This document shows, in pieces, positions 47,702 to 56,496 of a DNA stretch of 64,000 nucleotides (positions within the stretch are counted from its first letter, which is position 1; each line of letters opens with the position of its first letter). A model generated the notes under the pieces. The model did no database searches. It was not told where the DNA came from and saw nothing but the letters and a program-made list of their open reading frames with translations. A program made the translations under genes and the position numbers. Source of the stretch: a virus; the IMG/VR virus record IMGVR_UViG_3300037246_002669, positions 30,913 through 94,912 of that record, one strand, 5' to 3'.

Positions 47702-48271
47702 TTAGGGGTACTTTCTATCCAGTAATAAATCTATGTACAAAAATGGTTCGTTGTTTTTCAGCCACTGAAAAGATGATGAAATTGTGCAACAATTTGGGAA
47801 ATTGTGTTCCTTTTCTGCCTGCCAGCGAGCGAGAACCGCGTCCGTAAAATTGGGAAAATAACCGAGATATATTGTGATACCATCTACCACGATTTGCGAT
47901 TTCCATTTTCGGGAAGCCTTGCTCCAATGAACTCCGATCACACCGGATGAATTACGGGAGTTTATACCCGCGTTTCTACTCTGACATTGGGGAGTTGCCT
48001 CTCTCAAATTCGTGATACGATTATCGTGCCTAATTCTGTTCTTGTGATCAATTGTGTACTCGGGGAAGTATCCATAATACATCAACCACGCAACACGATG
48101 CGCAGAATACAATTTAGGACCCACATGTAGAACAACATACCCATCGTTAAGGGAGCCCGCTTCTTCACCGATACGGTATCCTGCCCAGTTTGTTTTCCGG
48201 GTAAGAATGCCAGTTTCCGGATTATAATTCCATCTCCGATGGGCTTCTTCATATGTGAGATCTTTTTTCAT
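47702..48271 (-). CDS. HNH endonuclease with AP2-like C-terminal domain
   Basis: AHRVAW, IDHKNR..HDNRITNLR and SSGVIGV. Paralogue of 42248 and 52041. Confidence 0.9.
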   Translation of the reverse strand: MKKDLTYEEAHRRWNYNPETGILTRKTNWAGYRIGEEAGSLNDGYVVLHVGPKLYSAHRVAWLMYYGYFPEYTIDHKNRIRHDNRITNLREATPQCQSRNAGINSRNSSGVIGVHWSKASRKWKSQIVVDGITIYLGYFPNFTDAVLARWQAEKEHNFPNCCTISSSFQWLKNNEPFLYIDLLLDRKYP

Positions 48272-48292
48272 GGATACTTCCCCTTTTTCCTT

Positions 48293-48886
48293 TTAGGGAT
48301 GTAATGTCTTGATCGCTTCCACTCTGAAATCACGATTTCCCATACCGTGTGTCAGTCCAATTCCTACGTGTACAACGTTAAACCCGGCTTCCTTGCAGGC
48401 ATCCGCAGCGGTCTCCCCTGTCCAGCCCGACAAATGCCCCCAATGCGCTCCCCACTTCGTTATGTGTGCGGAGTCGTCCGCGAACATGTGCTGGATGTAT
48501 AATGGAATATTGTTCTGCTTCTCCACGTAAAGTTTGTATGCACCGATCACATCGGGTCCCTCCAGTATCAACTTCCCGCCCGGTCGTAGAATATGGTAAA
48601 ACGACTTCAGCATTTCACGAGCGGCAGGCCGTCTGAAGTGTTCGATCACATGGGCCGAAAGTATTTCCGCGAACGTGTTTTCTTCAAACTTGTCCTGGAG
48701 TTCGGTAATGTTACCGAGCACATCTGTTTCCATTCCCCCATGTTTCATCGTGGCTATGTCGTAATTGACACATTCTTTCTTGATCATCAGGCCACTGCCT
48801 GCATTAAGTTTTGGATTTTTCTTGCAGTCAGGAAGGCACTCCCCTCCATTTTCTATTCTGTTGCATATCGCGCACAACTTAGACAT
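48293..48886 (-). CDS. Class I SAM-dependent methyltransferase
   Basis: KLNAGSG, NYD, HVIEHF and ILRPGGKLILEGPD. Start at MSKLC (AAGGAG RBS). Confidence 0.8.
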   Translation of the reverse strand: MSKLCAICNRIENGGECLPDCKKNPKLNAGSGLMIKKECVNYDIATMKHGGMETDVLGNITELQDKFEENTFAEILSAHVIEHFRRPAAREMLKSFYHILRPGGKLILEGPDVIGAYKLYVEKQNNIPLYIQHMFADDSAHITKWGAHWGHLSGWTGETAADACKEAGFNVVHVGIGLTHGMGNRDFRVEAIKTLHP

Positions 48887-48982
48887 TTTCGACTCCTTTA
48901 CTTGGTATTGTTTGAATAGCAATAGTCCTCAAACTGAATGTCTGAAGACTATCGCAAAAACTACTTATTGTCAAACCACTTT

Positions 48983-49213
48983 TTACAGATCAAAGTCCCA
49001 TGATAGCAACCTTGCAGTCCGAATCATCCTGTCTTCCAGAGGTTTCGGAACCCAGCCATCTTCGGGAATGTCAGCAATGCACTTATGGGCGGTTTGTTCC
49101 TTACAGATTTTGCAGACCGGATAACATTCGCCATAATGATTAGTACTAAGTTCTAATTCGCTATCGCACTTTGTGCATCGGTACGCCTTCCAATCTACTT
49201 TGACTTTTGGCAC
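48983..49213 (-). CDS. Small Zn-ribbon protein
   Basis: CTKC and CKIC. AAGGAG RBS. Confidence 0.5.
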   Translation of the reverse strand: MPKVKVDWKAYRCTKCDSELELSTNHYGECYPVCKICKEQTAHKCIADIPEDGWVPKPLEDRMIRTARLLSWDFDL

Positions 49214-49267
49214 GGTAACTATCTCCTTAAAAGAGTAGAGGGAGGGACTTGCCCTCCCGAGTGGATA

Positions 49268-50089
49268 TTAAGGGCATTCCCATATTAAGGTAATCCCGAA
49301 GATCATATTTACTGAGTCCACTGCATTGTCGCCAAACATGGCAGTTGCCCTTCGAATTGCCCGATACTGGTCTTCAGGAAAAAGGTTGACTATGCCTTTG
49401 AAGTAAATGATGTCGCCCTTGCCATTGAGCCACACTACCCCCAAGTTATGGGAGTAGGTGTTGGTATCGGTAATTCGGATGCACTTGCCCTTCCCCACCA
49501 ACTTTTCCACAAGTGCGATGATCTGCTCTACTGAAAGACCGGCATCACTAACTTCTTCCAATATGCACTCCGGTTCACAGTCGCACTGAGTTTCTTTCAG
49601 CCGGATAAGGTGTACAGGATCGGTCACATACTTGCGCACTTCCTCCATGAACTTAGTTTCGTCAGCTTCTGAGAAGGTAAGACCTACATGTACTTGGTCG
49701 AGTTTCTTTTCTGAGAATGCAGGGGACTCCTTCGCCGGTTTGAACACTATCATATCTGAGAAGTCACCATTGACTTTGACCTGTACAAGTATCCCGTCGA
49801 AGAGGACTTCTTCTCCATCCAGCAACTCTATCCCTGAATGATCGAAAGACTTGGGATGAGCACTGATCACTGCGGACTCCTGAATGGCGTAGAACAACTC
49901 GGGTTCCTGCCCTTTTTTCTTCGCTATTTCCGTTTCAAGGGCTACTGCAGTTTTGGGGTCTTCGCCGCACTCCCATGCATACCCTGCTACCGAATGTGCC
50001 GTACCATAGTTGTGCCCGTAAGACTTGCCAAGATCGACTTTGACTCTGGTACCATGATTAACCTGTTTCATGATGACTACTCCTTTCAA
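49268..50089 (-). CDS. Early hypothetical protein
   Basis: First gene after promoter copy 4. Confidence 0.6.
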   Translation of the reverse strand: MKGVVIMKQVNHGTRVKVDLGKSYGHNYGTAHSVAGYAWECGEDPKTAVALETEIAKKKGQEPELFYAIQESAVISAHPKSFDHSGIELLDGEEVLFDGILVQVKVNGDFSDMIVFKPAKESPAFSEKKLDQVHVGLTFSEADETKFMEEVRKYVTDPVHLIRLKETQCDCEPECILEEVSDAGLSVEQIIALVEKLVGKGKCIRITDTNTYSHNLGVVWLNGKGDIIYFKGIVNLFPEDQYRAIRRATAMFGDNAVDSVNMIFGITLIWECP

Positions 50090-50139
50090 AAAAGATTAGG
50101 ATTTAAAGGCCGGAATCCATTTCCTGCCGTGTTAAATAC

Positions 50140-50168
50140 AATCTAACATCGGTTAAAACCATTGTCAA
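50140..50168 (-). promoter_or_regulatory. Early promoter, repeat copy 4
   Basis: TTGACA-N17-TAGATT. Box at 50176-50191. Confidence 0.85.
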
Positions 50169-50236
50169 GGGATTATTGCAAGAAATTGCAAATAAAAAAG
50201 GGATACCCGCTAAAGCATCCCTTTTTCAGTACTTAA

Positions 50237-50827
50237 CTACCTTTGCAGTGGATTTTTCCAGGCGACCACTCGAAAACACCGAGGCCACTCTACGGGAGTC
50301 AGCCCGTAGTTACGTATTATAAATGAGAACCCGGCTTCCCTGACTGCAGTCGCCGCAGTGTCCTTTGTCCATCCACTTCTGCAGGCCCACTGGGTTCCTT
50401 TATCATTCCGGTCCCGTTCGGCAAACAGGCACTCGATGTATCCCGGGACATCACAAGAATTCGTCACATAATGATGGAAGGACTTGACCACATCGGGACC
50501 TTCAAGAACTACCATACCGCCAGGACGTAAGATACGGTAAAAAGATCTCAACATTTTCGCTACTTCGGTCGCCCGAAACTGCTGAATTACATGGGCGCAC
50601 CGGATCTCGGCAAAGGTACTTTCCGCGAACTGGATATTAATGTCCACTATGTTGCCGAACATGTCGGTCCTCATTCCGTCGGTCTTTGTCTCCTCGATGT
50701 CGTAATTGATAAACTCCTCCAGCAGTATAGGTCCGCTTCCCACGTTGAGTTTGGGATTTTCTTTGCAATCCTGACTGCACTTAAATCCATTTCTGATCCT
50801 GTGGCACATTTCACAAAGCTTGAGCAT
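50237..50827 (-). CDS. Class I SAM-dependent methyltransferase (paralogue of 48293..48886)
   Basis: KLNVGSG, NYD, HVIQQF and ILRPGGMVVLEGPD. Confidence 0.8.
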   Translation of the reverse strand: MLKLCEMCHRIRNGFKCSQDCKENPKLNVGSGPILLEEFINYDIEETKTDGMRTDMFGNIVDINIQFAESTFAEIRCAHVIQQFRATEVAKMLRSFYRILRPGGMVVLEGPDVVKSFHHYVTNSCDVPGYIECLFAERDRNDKGTQWACRSGWTKDTAATAVREAGFSFIIRNYGLTPVEWPRCFRVVAWKNPLQR

Positions 50828-50828
50828 T

Positions 50829-51344
50829 TTAACTCCTATTTAACTTCTCCAGAAACTTTTTACCATATTTACGAATCATTTCGTCGTCTTTGGCAGCCAG
50901 AACTGACTGAGCATCCACCACTTTGGTGACCTCCAGATGGGCTGCGGCTGCGTAAACTCCGAAACTACGCAAACTGCGTAAAATTCGACTTGCGTTTGTC
51001 ACTACTTCAGCTATGGTGACCCCCGATACCATGATCGTACTTTCCGTTCGGAGCAAAGTACCATTTGCCGGGTAGCAGGCAAAAAAGAAGCCACTCTCGC
51101 CAGGACGGGCCAACTGCGTCTTCTTCAGAAACTTGCGCACTTTCTCCTGGAATTGCAATGATTGGTACCGTGTATTGAGCAGACTCAGCCGACTCAGTTT
51201 TTTTGTGCCCCGCAACTCCAACTTTGCGGAAACTACTTTACCAGCGGATACTCTCAATCCGGCATGGGACTCCACTACGGTTACAGACGGAAGGAACTGC
51301 CTGTCAAATATGCGATACCCCATTTCTCTGCAAAATCGAATCAT
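50829..51344 (-). CDS. Hypothetical protein
   Basis: Clean ORF downstream of the box at 51382. Confidence 0.55.
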   Translation of the reverse strand: MIRFCREMGYRIFDRQFLPSVTVVESHAGLRVSAGKVVSAKLELRGTKKLSRLSLLNTRYQSLQFQEKVRKFLKKTQLARPGESGFFFACYPANGTLLRTESTIMVSGVTIAEVVTNASRILRSLRSFGVYAAAAHLEVTKVVDAQSVLAAKDDEMIRKYGKKFLEKLNRS

Positions 51345-51399
51345 TCCTATATCTCCGCTTCAAAAAAATGTTATACAAGATTTGCAAGAAATTGCAAAC

Positions 51400-51618
51400 T
51401 TACGCCGTAGTTATCGCCAGCAGTGTATTCCCGGAAAGTATCTCAACATTAGGAACGAGGGAGTGGTCTTCAGTTGAGCACATTTGCACAAGGTAACTTC
51501 CAGCACCATTGCTCCCGTAAATGGCGGTGACTTCAAACTCGCAATCATAACGGAAATTTACTTTGTCCATCCATTCTGCATTATTTGCCAAGTCACTAAC
51601 TTTGACTAATTGAGCCAT
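51400..51618 (-). CDS. Small early hypothetical protein
   Basis: First gene after promoter copy 5. Confidence 0.6.
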   Translation of the reverse strand: MAQLVKVSDLANNAEWMDKVNFRYDCEFEVTAIYGSNGAGSYLVQMCSTEDHSLVPNVEILSGNTLLAITTA

Positions 51619-51668
51619 GATATACCCCCTTAAAAGGTTTGGGTTGATTTCCTGCCTGATTTAAATAC

Positions 51669-51697
51669 AATCTAACACCGGTTAAAATCATTGTCAA
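51669..51697 (-). promoter_or_regulatory. Early promoter, repeat copy 5
   Basis: TTGACA-N17-TAGATT. Confidence 0.85.
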
Positions 51698-51831
51698 ACA
51701 ATTTTTTCATAAAGATTAACAAAAACACAGAAAACTCATAAGCGACTGTTACAGGCAACTTGGCGTGGTATGATAGGGGAAGGAGATCCCCTCTATATTC
51801 CTCATCCACGTAGACGGGCACGCCAGACTCC

Positions 51832-52008
51832 CTACGGGAAAAGAACTCCCGGCAGCAGAGACAAAAATAATCCTCCTGTGACAATCCACAACACGCGGAC
51901 TATGGTAGCAGGCAACTTTATGGCGCGCATCCTTTGAAGTCCTATCAGTATAATCAGCCCACCGATTACCCCTTGAAAAACAAGCGCCGTGAATAATGTA
52001 AACTCCAT
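51832..52008 (-). CDS. 58-aa two-TM membrane protein
   Basis: Below the track cutoff. GGAGG RBS. MEFTLFTALVFQGVIGGLIILIG... Confidence 0.55.
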   Translation of the reverse strand: MEFTLFTALVFQGVIGGLIILIGLQRMRAIKLPATIVRVLWIVTGGLFLSLLPGVLFP

Positions 52009-52040
52009 CACTTTTCCTCCTGATACGTAAGGGTAGGGGT

Positions 52041-52610
52041 TTACTCCTTTTTACTCAATAGAAGATCGAGCCACAAAAATGGCTCATTGTCTTTCAGCCA
52101 TTGACAGGAAGATGAAGTTGTGCAGCAATTTGGAAAATCGTATTTCACCTCCGCTTTCCATCGGGCAAGAACGGCATCCGTAAAATTGGAAAATAACCCG
52201 AGAGATATTTGACTCCCGGCAACTGCGATTCGTGATTGCCATTTTTGGTTATTCTTGTACCAGTGGACTCCAGTTACGCCAGATGAATTATTGGATTGCA
52301 TGCTCTTATTCCTCATTTGACATTGAGGACTTGTTTCTCTAAGGTTGGCAATCCAGTTGTCATGCCTAATTCTGTTCCTATGGTCAATTTGATTTTCGGG
52401 GAAATACCCATAATGCATAAGCCAGGCGATGATATGCGCGTAGTACAGTTTATTGTTTATGCCCAAAATGATATATCCGTCACGCCTACGATAGCCGGCT
52501 TCTTCACTTGTGCGACATCGGCCACAACTTATTTTGTAGGTGAAGATCCCAGTTTCAGGATCATATTTAAGTCTCCGATGTACTTTCTCGTAGGTGAGAT
52601 CTTTTTTCAC
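52041..52610 (-). CDS. HNH endonuclease with AP2-like C-terminal domain
   Basis: AHIIAW, IDHRNR..HDNWIANLR and SSGVTGV. Confidence 0.9.
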   Translation of the reverse strand: MKKDLTYEKVHRRLKYDPETGIFTYKISCGRCRTSEEAGYRRRDGYIILGINNKLYYAHIIAWLMHYGYFPENQIDHRNRIRHDNWIANLRETSPQCQMRNKSMQSNNSSGVTGVHWYKNNQKWQSRIAVAGSQISLGLFSNFTDAVLARWKAEVKYDFPNCCTTSSSCQWLKDNEPFLWLDLLLSKKE

Positions 52611-52731
52611 GGGAACTTTTTCCTTATGATAGATATTTACGAACTACCTTCTTTTTCCTACATAAACATCACAGTGTCTCGCCAATTGGAAAGATACGGG
52701 CCGGAACCCCGACCGACCCGGTTCGGCCGGA

Positions 52732-53994
52732 CTACTTAGGTTTTGTTATTGCGCCACGCTGAATGATGGTGGTCCGGACCTTGGAATATTTATCAATTTC
52801 GTGGTTTTTGACCGTAGCGGTCAAAGCGATTGTCTCACCGATTTCCAACATTTTCTCAGTGTCCTTCCTCCACCAACTCCCGCCAGATTTGAACCACTTC
52901 AGATGGTTACCACTTTCGTCCTCAAAAGTAAGGATGGCGACCGGGCCGTAGTCATTACTGAAGGTGTGTTCCTTAACCAGCCGAACCGCACCGAAGTCCC
53001 TCCGCTCCTTAATATTGCCAATGTACTGACTCGACGATGCGGCCGCGTCCTTCTCCAACTGCAGGGCCTTTGCCTGTTTTGCCAGTTCCCGGTGATGGAA
53101 AGAGAACATACTCGCGGCAAAACCAGCAGACTTTGCCTTGATACTTCCGATACCCACCAAAACATCCAGATGGATTTGGTAATCATTCAAATCATGGCGA
53201 CCATGCAAGGCGGACTTCACACACTCGATTATTTCCGTTGCCTTTTTCCAGTGGCGGGACTGGACTTCTTTGCGAAACCGCTCATTTGCCCTGGGACTTT
53301 CCATAAAATTCATGGCAGTTGCAGAGGTACTACGAAGCGGAAGATCACCGTAATATTCATTTACCTGTTTCCTGGTAACAAAGGAACCTTCCTGTTCCAC
53401 GGTAAGGCAGACTGCGGCAAGGAACTCATGAAGGCAGATGTGGAAGTCACCTCTTGACAGTCGCATTCCGAACTCTTCCTCCTCCATTTCCGGATCGAAG
53501 AACATACTATTGAAATTGACGCCCGACTGGAAAATGATACTCGCGGGGTCATGTCCCAGGTAATCCTTTAAGCACTGTTTGCCCACCATGATCCGATTCC
53601 CGTCCTCATTTTCAAGGATGTAGCCGTACTTGCGTGTTCGGTTGGTATTGCAGTGTTCGCAAGTGACTTTTTCAATTCGTCCTATTTCCTTGCCCGGAAC
53701 CGGATAAACAAGCACTGCATCCCCCTCGGCATCGACAGTTGCGGCAAGGTGCCATCCATTAACCCTTATGTCCGCCCCCCATGTTATGGTTGCATGAATA
53801 ACATCGACTGTGACTTTCGGGGTCCGTGTGGTTGCCTCTAAGGTGATCTCGGAGGACTCGCCCAGTTTGAAGGATACCGTTTCGGGAATTCCCAGTCTGG
53901 CGCATCTCCGGTTAAGAGTTGCGATTTTATTGGTGAAAGATTTAAGACTATAAAGGTCAATGTTACCTGTTGCCGTGTAAATATTTTTAGCCAT
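52732..53994 (-). CDS. Early hypothetical protein with CxxC motif and possible C-terminal OB-fold
   Basis: First gene after promoter copy 6. CEHC...VGKQC, and C-terminal LTATVKNH...TIIQR. Confidence 0.65.
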   Translation of the reverse strand: MAKNIYTATGNIDLYSLKSFTNKIATLNRRCARLGIPETVSFKLGESSEITLEATTRTPKVTVDVIHATITWGADIRVNGWHLAATVDAEGDAVLVYPVPGKEIGRIEKVTCEHCNTNRTRKYGYILENEDGNRIMVGKQCLKDYLGHDPASIIFQSGVNFNSMFFDPEMEEEEFGMRLSRGDFHICLHEFLAAVCLTVEQEGSFVTRKQVNEYYGDLPLRSTSATAMNFMESPRANERFRKEVQSRHWKKATEIIECVKSALHGRHDLNDYQIHLDVLVGIGSIKAKSAGFAASMFSFHHRELAKQAKALQLEKDAAASSSQYIGNIKERRDFGAVRLVKEHTFSNDYGPVAILTFEDESGNHLKWFKSGGSWWRKDTEKMLEIGETIALTATVKNHEIDKYSKVRTTIIQRGAITKPK

Positions 53995-54054
53995 CTTGGG
54001 ACTCCTTTCAAAAAAGGTGCGAGGTTAAAGGCCGTTTCCTGCCGTGTTAAATAC

Positions 54055-54083
54055 AATCTAACACCGGTTAAAATCATTGTCAA
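54055..54083 (-). promoter_or_regulatory. Early promoter, repeat copy 6
   Basis: TTGACA-N17-TAGATT. Box at 54090-54105. Confidence 0.85.
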
Positions 54084-54167
54084 GGATATTTGCAATTTAT
54101 TGCAAAAATAAAAAGGGACTCCCGAAGGAATCCCCATTTTTCGTACTTTGTAGCTGACTAAGTGGCA

Positions 54168-54461
54168 TTACAGGTGAGTGTAAAGTCCGGTAACTTCGGC
54201 GAAGATGGATTGCAATTGATCATTATAGATGTCACTGTGGGAGACTACTTCCGGGCAGTCAAAAGTTTTGCGATTGAACTTGAAAAACTGTACATTGTAA
54301 AGGTCACTACCGTTCAAGGTGACTTTGCACTTGTTGGTTTTCCGGCATCCCTTGAAACTGAATTGTAATGCATCACCACAGTCCATGAAATTCGTGGCTC
54401 CGGTCATTGCCTTAAATTTATTGCCGCCCAATTGCAGAAGTATCGTTTTTGCTACACTCAT
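54168..54461 (-). CDS. Small phage early protein (QLGGNKF.AMTGA motif)
   Basis: RBS and clean ORF followed by a hairpin. Confidence 0.65.
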   Translation of the reverse strand: MSVAKTILLQLGGNKFKAMTGATNFMDCGDALQFSFKGCRKTNKCKVTLNGSDLYNVQFFKFNRKTFDCPEVVSHSDIYNDQLQSIFAEVTGLYTHL

Positions 54462-54524
54462 GATCCCTTTCCTCTTACTTTAAAATTGCATGGTAAAGGG
54501 CACTCGAAAGTGCCCCACTGTGGA

Positions 54525-54770
54525 CTACAGGGTGGAAATGTAATGAGCCAGTTCCGGATGCATTCCGACTTTCTCCAGTTTTTTCATGATAACCTTGTTA
54601 CTCCATCCGGCAGCAATCAATTCCGCTGACAACTCCTCTTCCTCCCGTTCAATGGCCGCGCCTATCAGATCCGAGCACTCCCCAGCTCCCATGGGATCGC
54701 TAAATATTTCGGATGTTTCCTTTTTAAACCTACAAATTTTGATTAATGCCTGTGAAATTGTCATACCCAT
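54525..54770 (-). CDS. Small hypothetical protein
   Basis: AGGAGGAG RBS. Confidence 0.55.
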   Translation of the reverse strand: MGMTISQALIKICRFKKETSEIFSDPMGAGECSDLIGAAIEREEEELSAELIAAGWSNKVIMKKLEKVGMHPELAHYISTL

Positions 54771-55030
54771 GATAACTGACTCCTCCTAAGATTAAGATTT
54801 AAAGGTTTTTTCATGGAGACTTTTCCTTTAATGGATAGTCAGAATGCCGGTCTTATAAACATCATTTGTGTCAGGAACAAATTGCAAATATAAGAGCCAC
54901 CCCCGCCACCACAACGGCTGCAACATCGATGCCTTCAGTGACGGCCAGTCCCGCCACCAGTAATATAAATAAGATCACTGCCAGTGCCACAACAAACTTT
55001 AGGAAAAAATTCATTAACAGTTCCATGGCC

Positions 55031-55348
55031 TCAGGTTCCTTTCAATTTGTCGCCCACTATCTTTCGAAGGGCAGTGTCGATGGGATCATCATTCAGGTAC
55101 TGGGACAACTCATTGAACAGACCACGCCGTTCCTCCTGTGAAAATGCCGCCCGGAACCAATTCCACCGGAAACTCATTGATGTGAATGCGGCCTTTTCGC
55201 GGCACTTCTTCTCCCATTCCACAATACCCTCACCCTTGATCTTGGCACTCAGCATTTTCTCTTTTATCCTATCGAAATGACCAACTTTCATTTTCATTTT
55301 CACTTTTCTCCCTTTACAAGATAATGGTTCTTGCCGTGATAAGAGCAA
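55031..55348 (-). CDS. Small hypothetical protein
   Basis: AAGGAG RBS before the internal start. Confidence 0.5.
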   Translation of the reverse strand: MLLSRQEPLSCKGRKVKMKMKVGHFDRIKEKMLSAKIKGEGIVEWEKKCREKAAFTSMSFRWNWFRAAFSQEERRGLFNELSQYLNDDPIDTALRKIVGDKLKGT

Positions 55349-55403
55349 ACTAACACCGGGTAAAATGAGTGGTGCCCGGTAAAGTCACGGGCACCCGGTT
55401 ACC

Positions 55404-55742
55404 TTAGATGAACAGTAAAACAAATTCCATGCCGTCCTTGATCAGGCGCTTGCGAGTCAGTACATGAGCAGCACTTTCCGGGACGTTTTCATCCTCCATG
55501 GTTTCATAGACAGACTGCCTGTACAGTCCACAGACACACTGGACAGCTTCATGATAGTTGAAAGTAACTGTCACTGCATGTTGCAATCGGGAGTGATACC
55601 GGTTAATATTAGCGCCGAGCCGGGACTCACTTTCCGGGATGCCTAAATTGTCAAAAAGTGCAAGGTCGGACTTCATCCATTCAAGAAAAATAACGTTCAT
55701 GACTGATCTCCTGCAAAGGTTAAGGTTAGATGCGGGAGTCAC
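55404..55742 (-). CDS. Small early hypothetical protein (true start probably MNVIF)
   Basis: First gene after promoter copy 7. Confidence 0.55.
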   Translation of the reverse strand: MTPASNLNLCRRSVMNVIFLEWMKSDLALFDNLGIPESESRLGANINRYHSRLQHAVTVTFNYHEAVQCVCGLYRQSVYETMEDENVPESAAHVLTRKRLIKDGMEFVLLFI

Positions 55743-55760
55743 TCCCGCCGTGTTAAATAC

Positions 55761-55789
55761 AATCTAACACCGGTTAAAATCATTGTCAA
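55761..55789 (-). promoter_or_regulatory. Early promoter, repeat copy 7
   Basis: TTGACA-N17-TAGATT. Box at 55797-55812. Confidence 0.85.
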
Positions 55790-55846
55790 GGGATTATTGC
55801 AAGAAATTGCAAATAAAAAGGACCCCCGGAGGGGTCCCAGTGATGT

Positions 55847-56044
55847 TTAGTCCTCCCATTCGACCCCAAGGAGGGTAAGGGAAGCCGAAGGCCAGTAGGC
55901 ACCCGGTTCGAGGGGTTCCTCCGGGACGGTGATGGTAAAGTGCCGAAGAATTGAGGGTTCAATTACGTGCGCAATTTCATCATTACCAGGGATTCCGTTT
56001 TTGTCGTGTATAATGTAGGTGATCGATATAAGTTTTTTTGCCAT
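55847..56044 (-). CDS. Small early hypothetical protein
   Basis: GGAGG RBS. First gene after promoter copy 8. Confidence 0.55.
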   Translation of the reverse strand: MAKKLISITYIIHDKNGIPGNDEIAHVIEPSILRHFTITVPEEPLEPGAYWPSASLTLLGVEWED

Positions 56045-56101
56045 GACACTTTTCCTCCATTAAGGTTCGGGTTGTAGGCCATTTCCTGCCCTGTTAGATA
56101 T

Positions 56102-56130
56102 AAGATACCACCGGGTAAAATCATTGTCAA
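56102..56130 (-). promoter_or_regulatory. Early promoter, divergent repeat copy 8
   Basis: TTGACA-N17-TATCTT. Variant box at 56138-56153. Confidence 0.8.
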
Positions 56131-56496
56131 GGTATTCGTGCAATTTATTGCAAATGAAAAGGCACCCGGTTTCCCAAGTGCCTTCATGTCAAACTCTCAT
56201 GATATTAAGGACAGGGGATTTCCACACCAGGGGCAGCCTCCCTTTGCCTTTCCTACATAGTCGCACCACGTACAGTGACTCACTACTTTTCACCATTTCC
56301 CTTTAATATGATATCCGTGCCACTTGTTATGACATCAATGTCCGTTCCGTCATGGCCAAAAGTACTGATTCTTGAGCCGTCCGGTTTACGAAGAGAACTC
56401 GGTGATCCATTGCCCTCTATCCTCTTGATGTACTCGGGTCTCTTCATGATAATCATTCTCCTTATGTTGAGGGTTACTTTCTCCGGGCACTATGCC

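Noticed and set aside
51672-51884. 70-aa ORF from the track
   Set aside because: It runs into promoter copy 5 and overlaps a better-supported 58-aa membrane ORF (51832-52008).
44460-56160. CRISPR array or attachment sites suggested by about 40-bp repeats
   Set aside because: Copies are hundreds to thousands of bases apart, contain -35/-10 elements, and no cas or integrase gene is present.
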